This document shows positions 49,616 to 58,787 of a DNA stretch of 64,000 bases, piece after piece. The DNA comes from a virus. The translations under genes were made by a program, and so were the position numbers. Location of the stretch: the IMG/VR virus record IMGVR_UViG_3300037261_000033, positions 28,203-92,202 of that record. The stretch is one strand, 5' to 3'. How positions within the stretch are numbered: position 1 is the first letter of the stretch; the number at the start of each line of letters is the position of its first letter. The notes below the pieces were generated by a model. The model searched no databases. It was not told the DNA's origin and saw only the letters and a list, made by a program, of their open reading frames with translations.

Positions 49616-51571
49616 TCATGATCGTGCGTAAGTATTGTCCTTCGCTTCGATGCAAGTAAAGCCTTTTGGTAGGAATCGTATCCCGGTCTGATCGTCTTCA
49701 TCTAACCGCGCCGTCATACCTACAAATTGATCGAACGCTCCGGCCTTATGCGCTGCCACAATGTTTTGCAGGAAGTGTTTCGTGTTCACCGCGTCGATAG
49801 TCGCCAGTTCGTCCATCAGGATTATGCGGCACGGGCTCTGCGCTCCTAACGCGCATTGCAGCGCCGCGTGAAGTAACGCGCGCTTCGCCCCACCGAAAGT
49901 TGCTTCGGTTACCCACGATGAACCCGAGAACATTCCTAGCTCGCCGTCGCGATACTCGATAGGCTGCAGAAAAATACCGCGCATGAACCGCTCCGCCGTT
50001 TGTAACAGCGGGTCGAACACTTGCTTGATCAATTCCGCTTTCTTTTCGAGAAGGAACTTCTTGGCCTCCTTGTAGCGCATCTCGATCAAGATTGCCCCTT
50101 CCTGCGCGTTCTGCGCTTCCTGTAGCCGCTTTCGGTCTTGCCGGTCGCTCTCCGCTGCCTTCCGCTCCGTTCTGAGCGTTTCAACGCGGTCTACGTGCGA
50201 CAGCACCTCGATTGCTAAAGCCGCCATCTCCGCGCCGTGGTTAACCGGCTTTGCCATCTCCGCTAGTTGCTTCCGCCACGTCACTACTTCTGCCGTCTGG
50301 ACAAACTCCGCAATGTCGTCGCGTACTTGCTTTAGCTCCGCTTCCAGAACGTCGATGTTGTCCGTGCTTACTTCCGGCTCAGGTCGCGCCTGTTTTACCA
50401 ACTCCGCTATAAGTTCTCCCTTGCGCGTCGCGTTATCCACACGTTCGCGGCAGCCTCGCCATTCGGCTGTTAACTCCGGTAATTTATCCGCGTCTTTGAC
50501 CGGCTTGGGGTAAACCTTCTGCTTGCACGTTTTGCACGTCGATGGTTTCTGCTTGGCGATTGCCGCTTCGATTTTCGTAATACGCTTTTCAAGAGCGCTC
50601 ACATCAGTTCCGAGTTTTTCAATCTCTTTGATTTCCGACACAAGCCTATCTATTTCTCGCTGCCGTATATCGTCCTTGCGTTTCCATTCTTCTTTGTCCG
50701 CCACGCGCGCTCGCGCCGTCCCTAGCGTTAGGCAAATACTCGCCTCTCGACCGCGTAACTTCGCGATATCAAACTCACGCGGAACCGGATCGCCCGCCTG
50801 CGCTATCCGGTGTTGCAAGGAATCCCGTTCAAGTTCAAGCTGCTCGTTCTTTTTCTGAGCCTCTTCCAGCGTTGTCCGCCGCGCCCGTTTCTCCGCGCCA
50901 GCGTTCTGTTCCGTCTGAATGTCCGCGTCGATCTCTTCCACGCTCCGCGTCGCCGGTTTGTCCGCCAACTGTAACGCGCTTAAGCCTTGAAGTGTTTGCG
51001 TATAGCGCCGCACGTCCGCTGCGATGCGTTTCCGTTCTTCCTCGACTCCGTTGAGCGCGTTGTCGATCAACTCTTGCATAGTCATTGCCGCTTGCGCTTT
51101 CGCGTCCGTCATGCCCTCGCTTAACCGAAGCGTTCGCGCTATCTCCTCTGGAAAGTCAACCTTAACGCTGCTGATATCCGCCACGCTGAACACCATCTCC
51201 ACCCGGCCCCGCGCGCTCCGTCCGAAGTAATCGTTAGCGTCAAGTAAGACTAGCGGCGTCGTATCTTCTAGCTCCACTGGCACCTTCTTGACGGTCTGGA
51301 TTCTGTCTCCGCTTTGTTTCCAAGTTCGATGGATTACCTCTCCGTTGTCGAACTCGCCATTCACCTCCATTATCGCTCCGCTACTCAGCTTGAATATCTC
51401 GCCCGGCAGCTTTCCAAGCGCAGGAAGGTAGCCGAGCAACAAGAGTTTAATGAGATTTCCGAGTCGCGTTTTCCCGCTGTCGTTCGAGCCGTGAATGAGA
51501 TTCAAGTCGCCCAACTCTACGGAGAACGTGCCTCCCATGAACGCCGTCCCGCTGATTTTCGTTAGCTTCAT
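49616..51571 (-). CDS. Rad50/SbcC-like ATPase
   Basis: GSNDSGKT, long coiled coil with central CKTC hook, IILMDE Walker B. Confidence 0.8.
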   Translation of the reverse strand: MKLTKISGTAFMGGTFSVELGDLNLIHGSNDSGKTRLGNLIKLLLLGYLPALGKLPGEIFKLSSGAIMEVNGEFDNGEVIHRTWKQSGDRIQTVKKVPVELEDTTPLVLLDANDYFGRSARGRVEMVFSVADISSVKVDFPEEIARTLRLSEGMTDAKAQAAMTMQELIDNALNGVEEERKRIAADVRRYTQTLQGLSALQLADKPATRSVEEIDADIQTEQNAGAEKRARRTTLEEAQKKNEQLELERDSLQHRIAQAGDPVPREFDIAKLRGREASICLTLGTARARVADKEEWKRKDDIRQREIDRLVSEIKEIEKLGTDVSALEKRITKIEAAIAKQKPSTCKTCKQKVYPKPVKDADKLPELTAEWRGCRERVDNATRKGELIAELVKQARPEPEVSTDNIDVLEAELKQVRDDIAEFVQTAEVVTWRKQLAEMAKPVNHGAEMAALAIEVLSHVDRVETLRTERKAAESDRQDRKRLQEAQNAQEGAILIEMRYKEAKKFLLEKKAELIKQVFDPLLQTAERFMRGIFLQPIEYRDGELGMFSGSSWVTEATFGGAKRALLHAALQCALGAQSPCRIILMDELATIDAVNTKHFLQNIVAAHKAGAFDQFVGMTARLDEDDQTGIRFLPKGFTCIEAKDNTYARS

Positions 51572-51621
51572 AATCGTATTCGTATTCTTCGTCTTTCCGA
51601 AGCGTCACGCGCGGCCCGCGT

Positions 51622-52068
51622 TTAGCGTGTGCGCGACTTAGCTATAATATCCTGCTGCATTTGAAAACTTTCCTTGACCGTATTGTGCGGGTCGTGGCTC
51701 AGATCGCCCGCTTTCAGTTGCTCGAATGCCTTTTGAGAGAACGTGTATCCGCCAGACATGCAGGGGACTTCACCTCCGCCCTTTATCCGACTTATCTCAT
51801 CCGGCACTTCTCCCCGACAGTCCATGTTATCTCGCCAGCCATAGTCACCGAGCTTGTTAAATTTATCCCAATGTTCATCCCATTTTCCTTGCTGGCGAAG
51901 CTCCGCGATAGCTTTGTCAATCTTCACTTCCTCTTCTTGATGCCATTGCGAGGTTAGCTGTCGCACCTTTCGGACTTCAACACGTCTCGGCGAGAAATTC
52001 CTACGGCAACCACCTAACCCTAAACAGGCGGCGCACGTAATGACGGTAATGAATTGATATAGGTTCAC
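51622..52068 (-). CDS. Putative lipoprotein
   Basis: Hydrophobic N-terminus ending GLGG-C. Confidence 0.5.
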   Translation of the reverse strand: MNLYQFITVITCAACLGLGGCRRNFSPRRVEVRKVRQLTSQWHQEEEVKIDKAIAELRQQGKWDEHWDKFNKLGDYGWRDNMDCRGEVPDEISRIKGGGEVPCMSGGYTFSQKAFEQLKAGDLSHDPHNTVKESFQMQQDIIAKSRTR

Positions 52069-52994
52069 GCCGGTGGCTCCTCTTCCGCGTTCGCGCTCTT
52101 CGCTGGCGCATCCGCGTTAGTTAGTTCGAAGTCCGGTCGCTTTTCTTCCGGCTTGATCTTGCCCATAGAAATGTCCAGCGCATACCGGAGTCGCCTGTCG
52201 TCTTCGCTAATCGGCTTGCCTTTCCACGGCTTCGGTTGCCACTTAGTTTGAAAATACGTGAGCGCCGCCGTGCTCAGTTCACCGAGTTGCTTCCCCTTTA
52301 GATGTTCCGCGTCACAGCCCGGCCCGTGCTGTTGCCCGAAGTGGACGCGGACGTTCCGCCAATCATCAATTGGTATCATCGGCGGCTTTGTCGTATCTCC
52401 GGCTTTCGGGCCGCCCGGATTATTCTCCGGTGAATCAGGATCGCTGATCTCTTCCAGTGGCGTCGTAGATAAGTTGGCGTTCATCAACACTACGACGTGC
52501 GCGAACGCTTGCTTGCAGACGCGGCCCGCCGCCCTCGTTTGACACATCGCTCTGATGGCCGAGTCGTGCCGCTTCTGGTAAGTCTTTTCTTCGTAGCGAT
52601 TATTCTTCCAGATTTTCACTGTTCCGCCGAACCATACCGGCTCATCTTCGCCAACGAATCCTTCCGCCGTTGCGATTACCATGCCGGTGTTCTGATTCTT
52701 GATTTCCGCGATGGCCCTAAAGCCGCCCGCGAATCCCGGCTCATCCGCCGTACCTGCGCCCTTTACGTATTCAACGTCGCGCGTGCTCACCACGTAGCCA
52801 TGCGCGACCGCTATCGCTTCCCAACTTGCGGCGGGAACGTATTTGTTCCCCTGAATCTCTACCGCCGTCGCTAAGACGATGGCCTTGCAAAGTCCCGCCA
52901 CGCTCGTCGCCTTACGGAAGTTCGCCGTCACTTCCAGTTGCGCCTGTTTTCTCGCGTCGTCGATTACCGCGAGGCTGTCTGATTTTTCTTCCAT
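52065..52994 (-). CDS. Putative ssDNA-annealing/recombination protein
   Basis: AMCQTRA...AF...TPLEE motif seen in phage recombination modules; exact family not established. Confidence 0.5.
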   Translation of the reverse strand: MEEKSDSLAVIDDARKQAQLEVTANFRKATSVAGLCKAIVLATAVEIQGNKYVPAASWEAIAVAHGYVVSTRDVEYVKGAGTADEPGFAGGFRAIAEIKNQNTGMVIATAEGFVGEDEPVWFGGTVKIWKNNRYEEKTYQKRHDSAIRAMCQTRAAGRVCKQAFAHVVVLMNANLSTTPLEEISDPDSPENNPGGPKAGDTTKPPMIPIDDWRNVRVHFGQQHGPGCDAEHLKGKQLGELSTAALTYFQTKWQPKPWKGKPISEDDRRLRYALDISMGKIKPEEKRPDFELTNADAPAKSANAEEEPPA

Positions 52995-53032
52995 ATTGTT
53001 TTCGTTTTCTTGGTTCGTTGTTTTTACTGAAA

Positions 53033-53183
53033 TGGATGAGCGGGCCGGACGCTATCCCGGCGAGAGTCAGGCAGGATTTGAACCCGCATTGAACTATGGG
53101 CTTTAGGCCAAGGAGAGCTTACCATCTCGTTTCCCCACTCGCGTTCGTCAACGCTACGTGTCTGCTTTCCACGTCGCCGCTCA
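53033..53183 (-). ncRNA. Nested tRNA-like RNA ending in CCA
   Basis: TGAGCGG/CCGCTCA-T-CCA outer stem; CGTG/CACG arm; two T-arm-like hairpins (GCGGG-TTCAAAT-CCTGC and GCCGG-GATAGCGT-CCGGC). Confidence 0.6.
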
Positions 53184-53469
53184 CTCCCGCATCGCTGCGA
53201 AAGGTTTTTGAAAGTTTTTGCCGCGCCTTATGTTCCGTCGTCTGATTCGCGCAGAAGTCCGCGATGTCCCAAAGACAGTTACATTCGTAAATCGTGCCCG
53301 TGGCCGGAAAGAATCCGTAGCAACGCCAGCGCGCGAACCATTTGATTTCCCCAAGAATCGCGCCGCCCTCTTTAATTGTGACGTTCCAAATTTTCGTCTT
53401 GCGATCTGGCGGTGTCGGTACTTCCCGCATCTCGATCCATTTGTAATTCTTGGACGGATTCATTATCAC
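53119..53469 (-). CDS. Conserved phage hypothetical protein
   Basis: KTKIW...LGEIKWFARWRCY...CLWDIADF; its C-terminus runs into the ncRNA. Confidence 0.65.
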   Translation of the reverse strand: MIMNPSKNYKWIEMREVPTPPDRKTKIWNVTIKEGGAILGEIKWFARWRCYGFFPATGTIYECNCLWDIADFCANQTTEHKARQKLSKTFRSDAGVSGDVESRHVALTNASGETRW

Positions 53470-53727
53470 GCTGCCACCTGCGTTCCCTGCGCTGAAATAA
53501 ATCTTACTGGCTTTATTCCGCCGAACAGGAATGGCCCGATGCCGTTATATTGTGGCTGGCGTGGCGAGTGCTCGATATGCGCCGCGCGGTCGCTGGTCTT
53601 TTTGAACGTCGTCCCGTCGATCTCAAACTGTGCGTCCACGGGTAATTCTTCGAACTCTACCATCGCGTCGTTTTTCATATTCGTATCTCACTTATCTCCG
53701 TTTACGCGCCTTTGTAAAGCTTTTATT

Positions 53728-54162
53728 TTATTCGCCTTTTATTCTGCGATGTGTTTGCAAATATTTAATAGCGCGCCGGAGACTACCGATGCTGTCTTTG
53801 AATGTTCCGAGGGCCGCATTACATGAACTGCAAATCCAACCCCTGAATGTCCTGCGCTTATGGCAATGGTCAAAAACTAGAAGTTTAACCTCTAAGCAAA
53901 TCGGGCAAATGCCCTCTCTTGGGGGAGCGCCGTCACCAATTCCGCCCCGCATTTTAATTCTAATGGCAGCCGCGATCTTTGGATTTTTATATCGTTTACG
54001 CCAATAATCTCTTTTGTTCAGCTCCCTTAATTGCTGCCGATATTTCCTCGGATTGTTTATGCGCCAATTAATTGTTCTCGCTCTGTTGCAATTCGCGCAT
54101 TTTACCCCGGCGATTAGTTTACTGCCGTGGATTTTGCATTTCCGAAGTCTTTCTTTTGCCAT
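53728..54162 (-). CDS. Endonuclease VII-like protein
   Basis: CPIC...DHCH....RGWICSSCNAALG.FKD. Confidence 0.88.
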   Translation of the reverse strand: MAKERLRKCKIHGSKLIAGVKCANCNRARTINWRINNPRKYRQQLRELNKRDYWRKRYKNPKIAAAIRIKMRGGIGDGAPPREGICPICLEVKLLVFDHCHKRRTFRGWICSSCNAALGTFKDSIGSLRRAIKYLQTHRRIKGE

Positions 54163-54173
54163 GATAATTCATT

Positions 54174-54202
54174 ATTATCCTTTTTATCGGCCAAAATTGA
54201 AA
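54174..54202 (-). promoter_or_regulatory. Promoter TTTCAA-17-GATAAT
   Basis: Family-like spacing upstream of the Endo VII gene. Confidence 0.5.
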
Positions 54203-54229
54203 GTATTTTCAGGGTCGAATTTGCCCTGT

Positions 54230-54256
54230 TTTGAGTTAGCGCCCGCTGGCGCTACC
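54230..54256. repeat. Palindromic repeat copy (parS-like), largely intergenic
   Basis: TTTGAGTTAGCGCC-CGCT-GGCGCTACC. Confidence 0.75.
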
Positions 54257-54796
54257 TGAACAGCCAGAGCGCGAGCGTGCCCGCCGCGAGAATCGCAATC
54301 ACGATGAATGTCCAAGGAATCGGCCACGTCGAGCCTATCTCACACCACTCTTCATGCTCTCCGTTTAGCCTACCGCATTCGCCGCATTGATTCATTTAAG
54401 CGGCGACCTCTGATCGCGCTTGTTCAAACTGGTTCTTTGCTCCCTCCGCCGCCTGCTTTTCTTGCTCCCGGAAATATACTTCCGTTATCTCGTCCTACGG
54501 CCATGGGTCCGAAACTTCCCCGGCCCGGCCATCGGCCATTCCTGGAGACTGGGTTGTCTCGATAAAATTGACGGCATTTCCGTTGCATCCGCCAGCGTTC
54601 AATGAATCCGATTTTCATTCGCCTTCCTCGTTGTAATTGTTCCGCATCGTGGGAGAGGGGCCGTCCCAAACGCTGCCGTGCGGTTTGTTGACGTGGCTCG
54701 GACCGGACGACGGCGCGTTGTAGTTGAATTGCCGGAAGCCTTCATACACCCCGCAGGATGAGAAGAGGAAGGCGGTTGCGATGATGTAGAGAATCT

Positions 54797-55186
54797 TCAT
54801 GCTATCGCGGAAAGTCTATTCGCGGGTGAGCTTTTCGGTTCCTTGGGGATAGATGAAGCTGGCACTGTAAACACGTAATGGCCGCCGCGCGCCGAGGACT
54901 GCCAGCATATCGCCCAAAACGCTACGTTCTGTCGTAGCGCTGAAATCAACTCTTCGTTTCCGCTCCAGCCGCCAGTTGAAATTCGGTAGTCATTGCCCTC
55001 ATTAGAGAAATAATCGGGATACTTCCATGCCCGCGCAACGTAAGCCAAGAGCGAATGATAACCGTCAAAAAGCGGCCAATGTGTAATCGTCTCCTCAGTC
55101 TCTTGCGTTGGATAGCCATCGGCGTCGAATGTTGGTTCGTCGCCATAAACGCAAAGCGCTTCCTGTCCTTTGAAGGTGGGGTTCAT
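54797..55186 (-). CDS. Conserved phage hypothetical protein
   Basis: DGYP...STGGWSGNEELI..L...W....RGGHY. Confidence 0.75.
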   Translation of the reverse strand: MNPTFKGQEALCVYGDEPTFDADGYPTQETEETITHWPLFDGYHSLLAYVARAWKYPDYFSNEGNDYRISTGGWSGNEELISALRQNVAFWAICWQSSARGGHYVFTVPASSIPKEPKSSPANRLSAIA

Positions 55187-55404
55187 ATCACGCCTCAGAT
55201 TTCCCTAAAAAATTCCACACCATGCCCGCGAGTATCAGAACAGCGATCCCAAGCAAAACCTGCCCTGAATTAATCTCGAACAACCACGGGCCAAGGTAGG
55301 CGATCACAGTTGATTCCTTTTATCGCGCCACACGCAGACCAGCGCGAAGATGACGGCAATCGCAACGCATCCGAAGATTTCGTAAACGATGCCGTCAATC
55401 AACA

Positions 55405-55620
55405 TTACGGGGTAGCGACGGGAGCTGCAGCCGCCGGATCAATCGCGGCCAGCGCGTTAATCCCGGCTTGCAGTTTCGCTACTTCCGGCGCAAAATCAAC
55501 GCCAGCGTTAACCTTTGCGAGAAGCGCTGCCAAATCTGCGCTTACGCGCGCAGCTGCGTCACTTACCGCTTTGCCAATTTCGTCTAGTTTGGCGTCTAGT
55601 TCAGCTTGTGTATTAGCCAT
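55405..55620 (-). CDS. Small Ala-rich coiled-coil protein
   Basis: MANTQAELDAKLDEI...; may carry an N-terminal TM extension from 55710. Confidence 0.55.
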   Translation of the reverse strand: MANTQAELDAKLDEIGKAVSDAAARVSADLAALLAKVNAGVDFAPEVAKLQAGINALAAIDPAAAAPVATP

Positions 55621-55713
55621 TTTGTTTTGTCCTTTTTCTATCTGTTGTAGTGCAATGAGGCTCCAGACCGCACACACGGCCAAGAATATCAAAGCAAAAG
55701 TGTTTATCATGGC

Positions 55714-56292
55714 TCATTTCGCCAATTCGATCTTCACGATCGGGTGTACTTCCCAAATCGTAGCGCGCCAGTTATTCTTCCCGCTCGGGTTCGTGTTCGT
55801 CGCGTTCGGTGCGTGTATCTTGTCCGCGAACATCGGGCCGGTGATCGTCACGCGCTTGTGAAAAAACTTTACCTTCAAATCCGTCGTGCTCCCGATGGCT
55901 TTGCGAAAGTGCCAAGTGACTTCGACGATAACGTGTTTCGTGCCGTCCGCGTAATACTTAGGATCAGTCACGAGCGCGATGTGCGTGTCAAGGAGGTTAG
56001 GATCGTGGCACTCACATGATTCCAACCCGCCCGGCTTCACCACCGCGACGTAACCCGTCACGCTCGCCGCGTCGTCGTTGCTGAATCGTTTCGTGTCGTC
56101 TCCCGGCTTCACCATTGCTTCCAGCGTGATCGCCTTGTTGATCTTCGTAGGCGCTGTCGCCCGGTTCTTGAACGGGTTGCCAGCTTTCTCCATCGCTGTC
56201 TTTCCGTCACCCTCAGGCGGGCAAGGCGCGCTAAGAATTGGCAATGCCGGGAAGGTCGCCGCGATGATTAACGCAAGAATTGATTTGCTCAT
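55714..56292 (-). CDS. Secreted protein, possible OB-fold
   Basis: Signal peptide; DTHI, VIVEV, VTITG..F.D..H, WEVHPI. Confidence 0.6.
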   Translation of the reverse strand: MSKSILALIIAATFPALPILSAPCPPEGDGKTAMEKAGNPFKNRATAPTKINKAITLEAMVKPGDDTKRFSNDDAASVTGYVAVVKPGGLESCECHDPNLLDTHIALVTDPKYYADGTKHVIVEVTWHFRKAIGSTTDLKVKFFHKRVTITGPMFADKIHAPNATNTNPSGKNNWRATIWEVHPIVKIELAK

Positions 56293-56782
56293 TTGTTTTC
56301 CTCGTGAAACACCAACTTCAAGATCGTCGGATTAACGTTGATGCGTTCCCCGCTCAACTGTGATTTTAACTGCACGTCGCCTTTCGTCATCCCTACCTCT
56401 TCCCACCGCGCGCCCTCACCATCAATCCAAACTTTGTGGCGCGGCCTGCATCCGCCGAACGCCAGTACCGCGATCATCAGCGCGAGAGTAAACCTCGTCA
56501 TGTCTTTCCCTCTTCCAGAACCGGCTCCGCCATTTTCGCTCCGCGTTGTGGAAGTTTGACCGTGACGACCGCTATGAGTTGCGCTCCGTCAATGCGATCT
56601 TCGGCGGATTGAACAATCTGGCCCATCTGATCGAGTGAAGCTTTCATCTGCTGAGTAACCCATGCCTTTGTAAGTTCAGTTTCCGCAGCGGCCCACTTCT
56701 GTAATCCATCAATTAAAGACTGCATCACCGGCTGCAATTCAGCCGGCAGCTTATCCAGTCCGACCATGCTCGCGAGGCTCAT

Positions 56783-57526
56783 TTATCGTAATCCGTTCGG
56801 GTTGCGATACTCGCTCCGATGACAATAGCGATCTTCTTTGGCAAATCTTTTCTCCTTAGCTTTCGAGCCGAAAATTTCATGGACGCCGCCCGAGTCCGAC
56901 ACAATCAGATAACCGCCGCTCGCGATTTGAAACGGCTTTGTCAGTTTCCCGAGATAATCGAACTTCACTGATTTCGGTTTATGCCACGGCTCGAAATATG
57001 ACGGGAAAACGAAATTGCTCATCGTGATGCCGTCGATGTCAAACGTCTGTTCCTCAACGGGGTCGCTCATTTCGTAAGCGATGAAAGCGCCGTCCGGTTT
57101 TTGCGCCCAAAGTTGAGCGCCGGGGTCGATCATCATTTCCGCGAGCTCGTGACAGGCGGTGACGCTCACAAGTTGGCCGTCCGCGAGCGTGGTCTTAACG
57201 AATATCTTGGAAACGGGTTGACCGTCTTTCGTCAGGTCGTGGTAGCCGAGCGCGCCAGCCGTGTCCGCGTCGTCGATGAACAAGAATTGCCATTGATCGG
57301 CAGGGATGGATTTCAGGTCGGGATACGCAATTAGCTTCGCCGGGTATCCCCAAACCGGAACGAAATGCAGATCAAGGAATTTCTGTAACGCCTTGACTAG
57401 CGCGGCGAAGTCGCACTTTAACGGAGCTATCGCTAACGGCACCGTTGCTAGGTTGACGACGCCGATTGTTGGAAATTGCCCACCTTGATTGAAGGCTGCT
57501 CCGAGAACATGACGTGGTTGGTTCAT
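56783..57526 (-). CDS. Zn-metalloprotease-like protein
   Basis: GALGYH, SVTACHELAEM..DP, YEMSDPVE (HExxE variant). Confidence 0.65.
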   Translation of the reverse strand: MNQPRHVLGAAFNQGGQFPTIGVVNLATVPLAIAPLKCDFAALVKALQKFLDLHFVPVWGYPAKLIAYPDLKSIPADQWQFLFIDDADTAGALGYHDLTKDGQPVSKIFVKTTLADGQLVSVTACHELAEMMIDPGAQLWAQKPDGAFIAYEMSDPVEEQTFDIDGITMSNFVFPSYFEPWHKPKSVKFDYLGKLTKPFQIASGGYLIVSDSGGVHEIFGSKAKEKRFAKEDRYCHRSEYRNPNGLR

Positions 57527-57901
57527 CGAAAGCTAGAGCCTGCCGAATTGTCCGGTCACGCGAAACAAGCTGCGGAGAGTTGAGCCAAGGCCGAACTTTT
57601 TGATGATTCCGCGCAGTGATGCATCCAGACCAAGCGGCTTAACTTTGCGCGACTTTGTATTTGCCTTTTCCACTTTAGAAATCCGCGTGTCCGCTAATGC
57701 CGACCGTCTTGATTCGCTTCCCAGTTTTCTTATCTGTCTCTACTGATGCGGTGGGGCGGATGCTACCGAATAGCCGTGTCCAAAATCCCCGCTTATCTTC
57801 TGCGAGCGGCGGTGCATCGTCTTTGGGCATCGGCGTAACCGTATCGAATTTTAACGGATTGCCCATTTCTGATTAGGCGCGGTGACTTTATGCAACGCGC
57901 T

Positions 57902-58270
57902 TCAAGGACTATTGACGGCGTTACTCACTCTGTCTTGGTACGCCTTGACCGTAATGTTATGAATCGTCGCGGCTGGCAGTGACGGGTATTTCTTAGTGAT
58001 CACTTGTTCGGTGGAAATTTCGGCTGCCGCCATAGCCGGGGACGCCGCCGAAAGGCTTACTCGGGCTTTCGTTGGCCCAAGATACTTGCTCACCGCAGCA
58101 TTGGCCGCAGCGATAGCGATTGAAGTTGCGGCTGCGATTGCGGCTTGCGCTGCCGGACTGTTCACGTCGAATGAGGTTGTGCTGTTGCCGTTGGCGTCCT
58201 TTGTGGTTGAGCAAGCCGGGAACGATAACGCGCAGATTGCAGCGACGGTGAGTAATAGGATTGTTTTCAT
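57902..58270 (-). CDS. Lipoprotein (lysis-region candidate)
   Basis: MKTILLLTVAAICALSFPA-C lipobox. Confidence 0.65.
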   Translation of the reverse strand: MKTILLLTVAAICALSFPACSTTKDANGNSTTSFDVNSPAAQAAIAAATSIAIAAANAAVSKYLGPTKARVSLSAASPAMAAAEISTEQVITKKYPSLPAATIHNITVKAYQDRVSNAVNSP

Positions 58271-58331
58271 AGTTTGGTTTTCTTTCAGAAGCATATTTAC
58301 ACGGCGGCAAGTGAGTGAGCAAGGATTATTT

Positions 58332-58751
58332 TTATCCATTCGGAAATTCCACGGCGGCTACCGGCGGGTTTGGTAATCCCGGCACGACTTCACCGGATTC
58401 CTTCGAGGTTTCGCGCGTCATGTCCACCATCGTTTTAGTCCCCGGTTTAGCGATGTCTCCGGTTAGTGTTTGCGCCTGACTGCCGCCCGTCACGTTCTTT
58501 GATTTCTGCACGAGTGCATTCCAAGCTTTCAAAGCTACCGTTGCTCCGAGCGAAATGATCGTAACCCATTTCTTAACTTCGGGCGGCATGAAAGCGGCGA
58601 TATCTCCAAACTGGTAGGAAAGTCCCGCGAGAGTTGTTAGGCCGAAGAAAAGCGCAGCGCCGACGCCGGATACTGTCGTCTGCCAGTTCGCTCCCATGCG
58701 GAGCACCTTGCCAAAGAACCAATCGCCAGCGGAGAGTTTGTCAGGATTCAT
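58332..58751 (-). CDS. Holin-like membrane protein
   Basis: NWQTTVSG, two TM segments, KSKNVTGG; follows the tail fibre. Confidence 0.55.
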   Translation of the reverse strand: MNPDKLSAGDWFFGKVLRMGANWQTTVSGVGAALFFGLTTLAGLSYQFGDIAAFMPPEVKKWVTIISLGATVALKAWNALVQKSKNVTGGSQAQTLTGDIAKPGTKTMVDMTRETSKESGEVVPGLPNPPVAAVEFPNG

Positions 58752-58757
58752 TCCGGC

Positions 58758-58787
58758 AGTCTATGTCTTCGTTCGGCATAGTGTCAA
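58758..58787 (-). promoter_or_regulatory. Promoter TTGACA-18-TAGACT, leaderless
   Basis: ATG 6 nt after the -10 box. Confidence 0.5.

Noticed and set aside
53033-53183. tmRNA or functional amber suppressor tRNA
   Set aside because: No G3-U70 alanine identity or tag ORF; the CUA sits in a 5-nt loop on a 3-bp stem.
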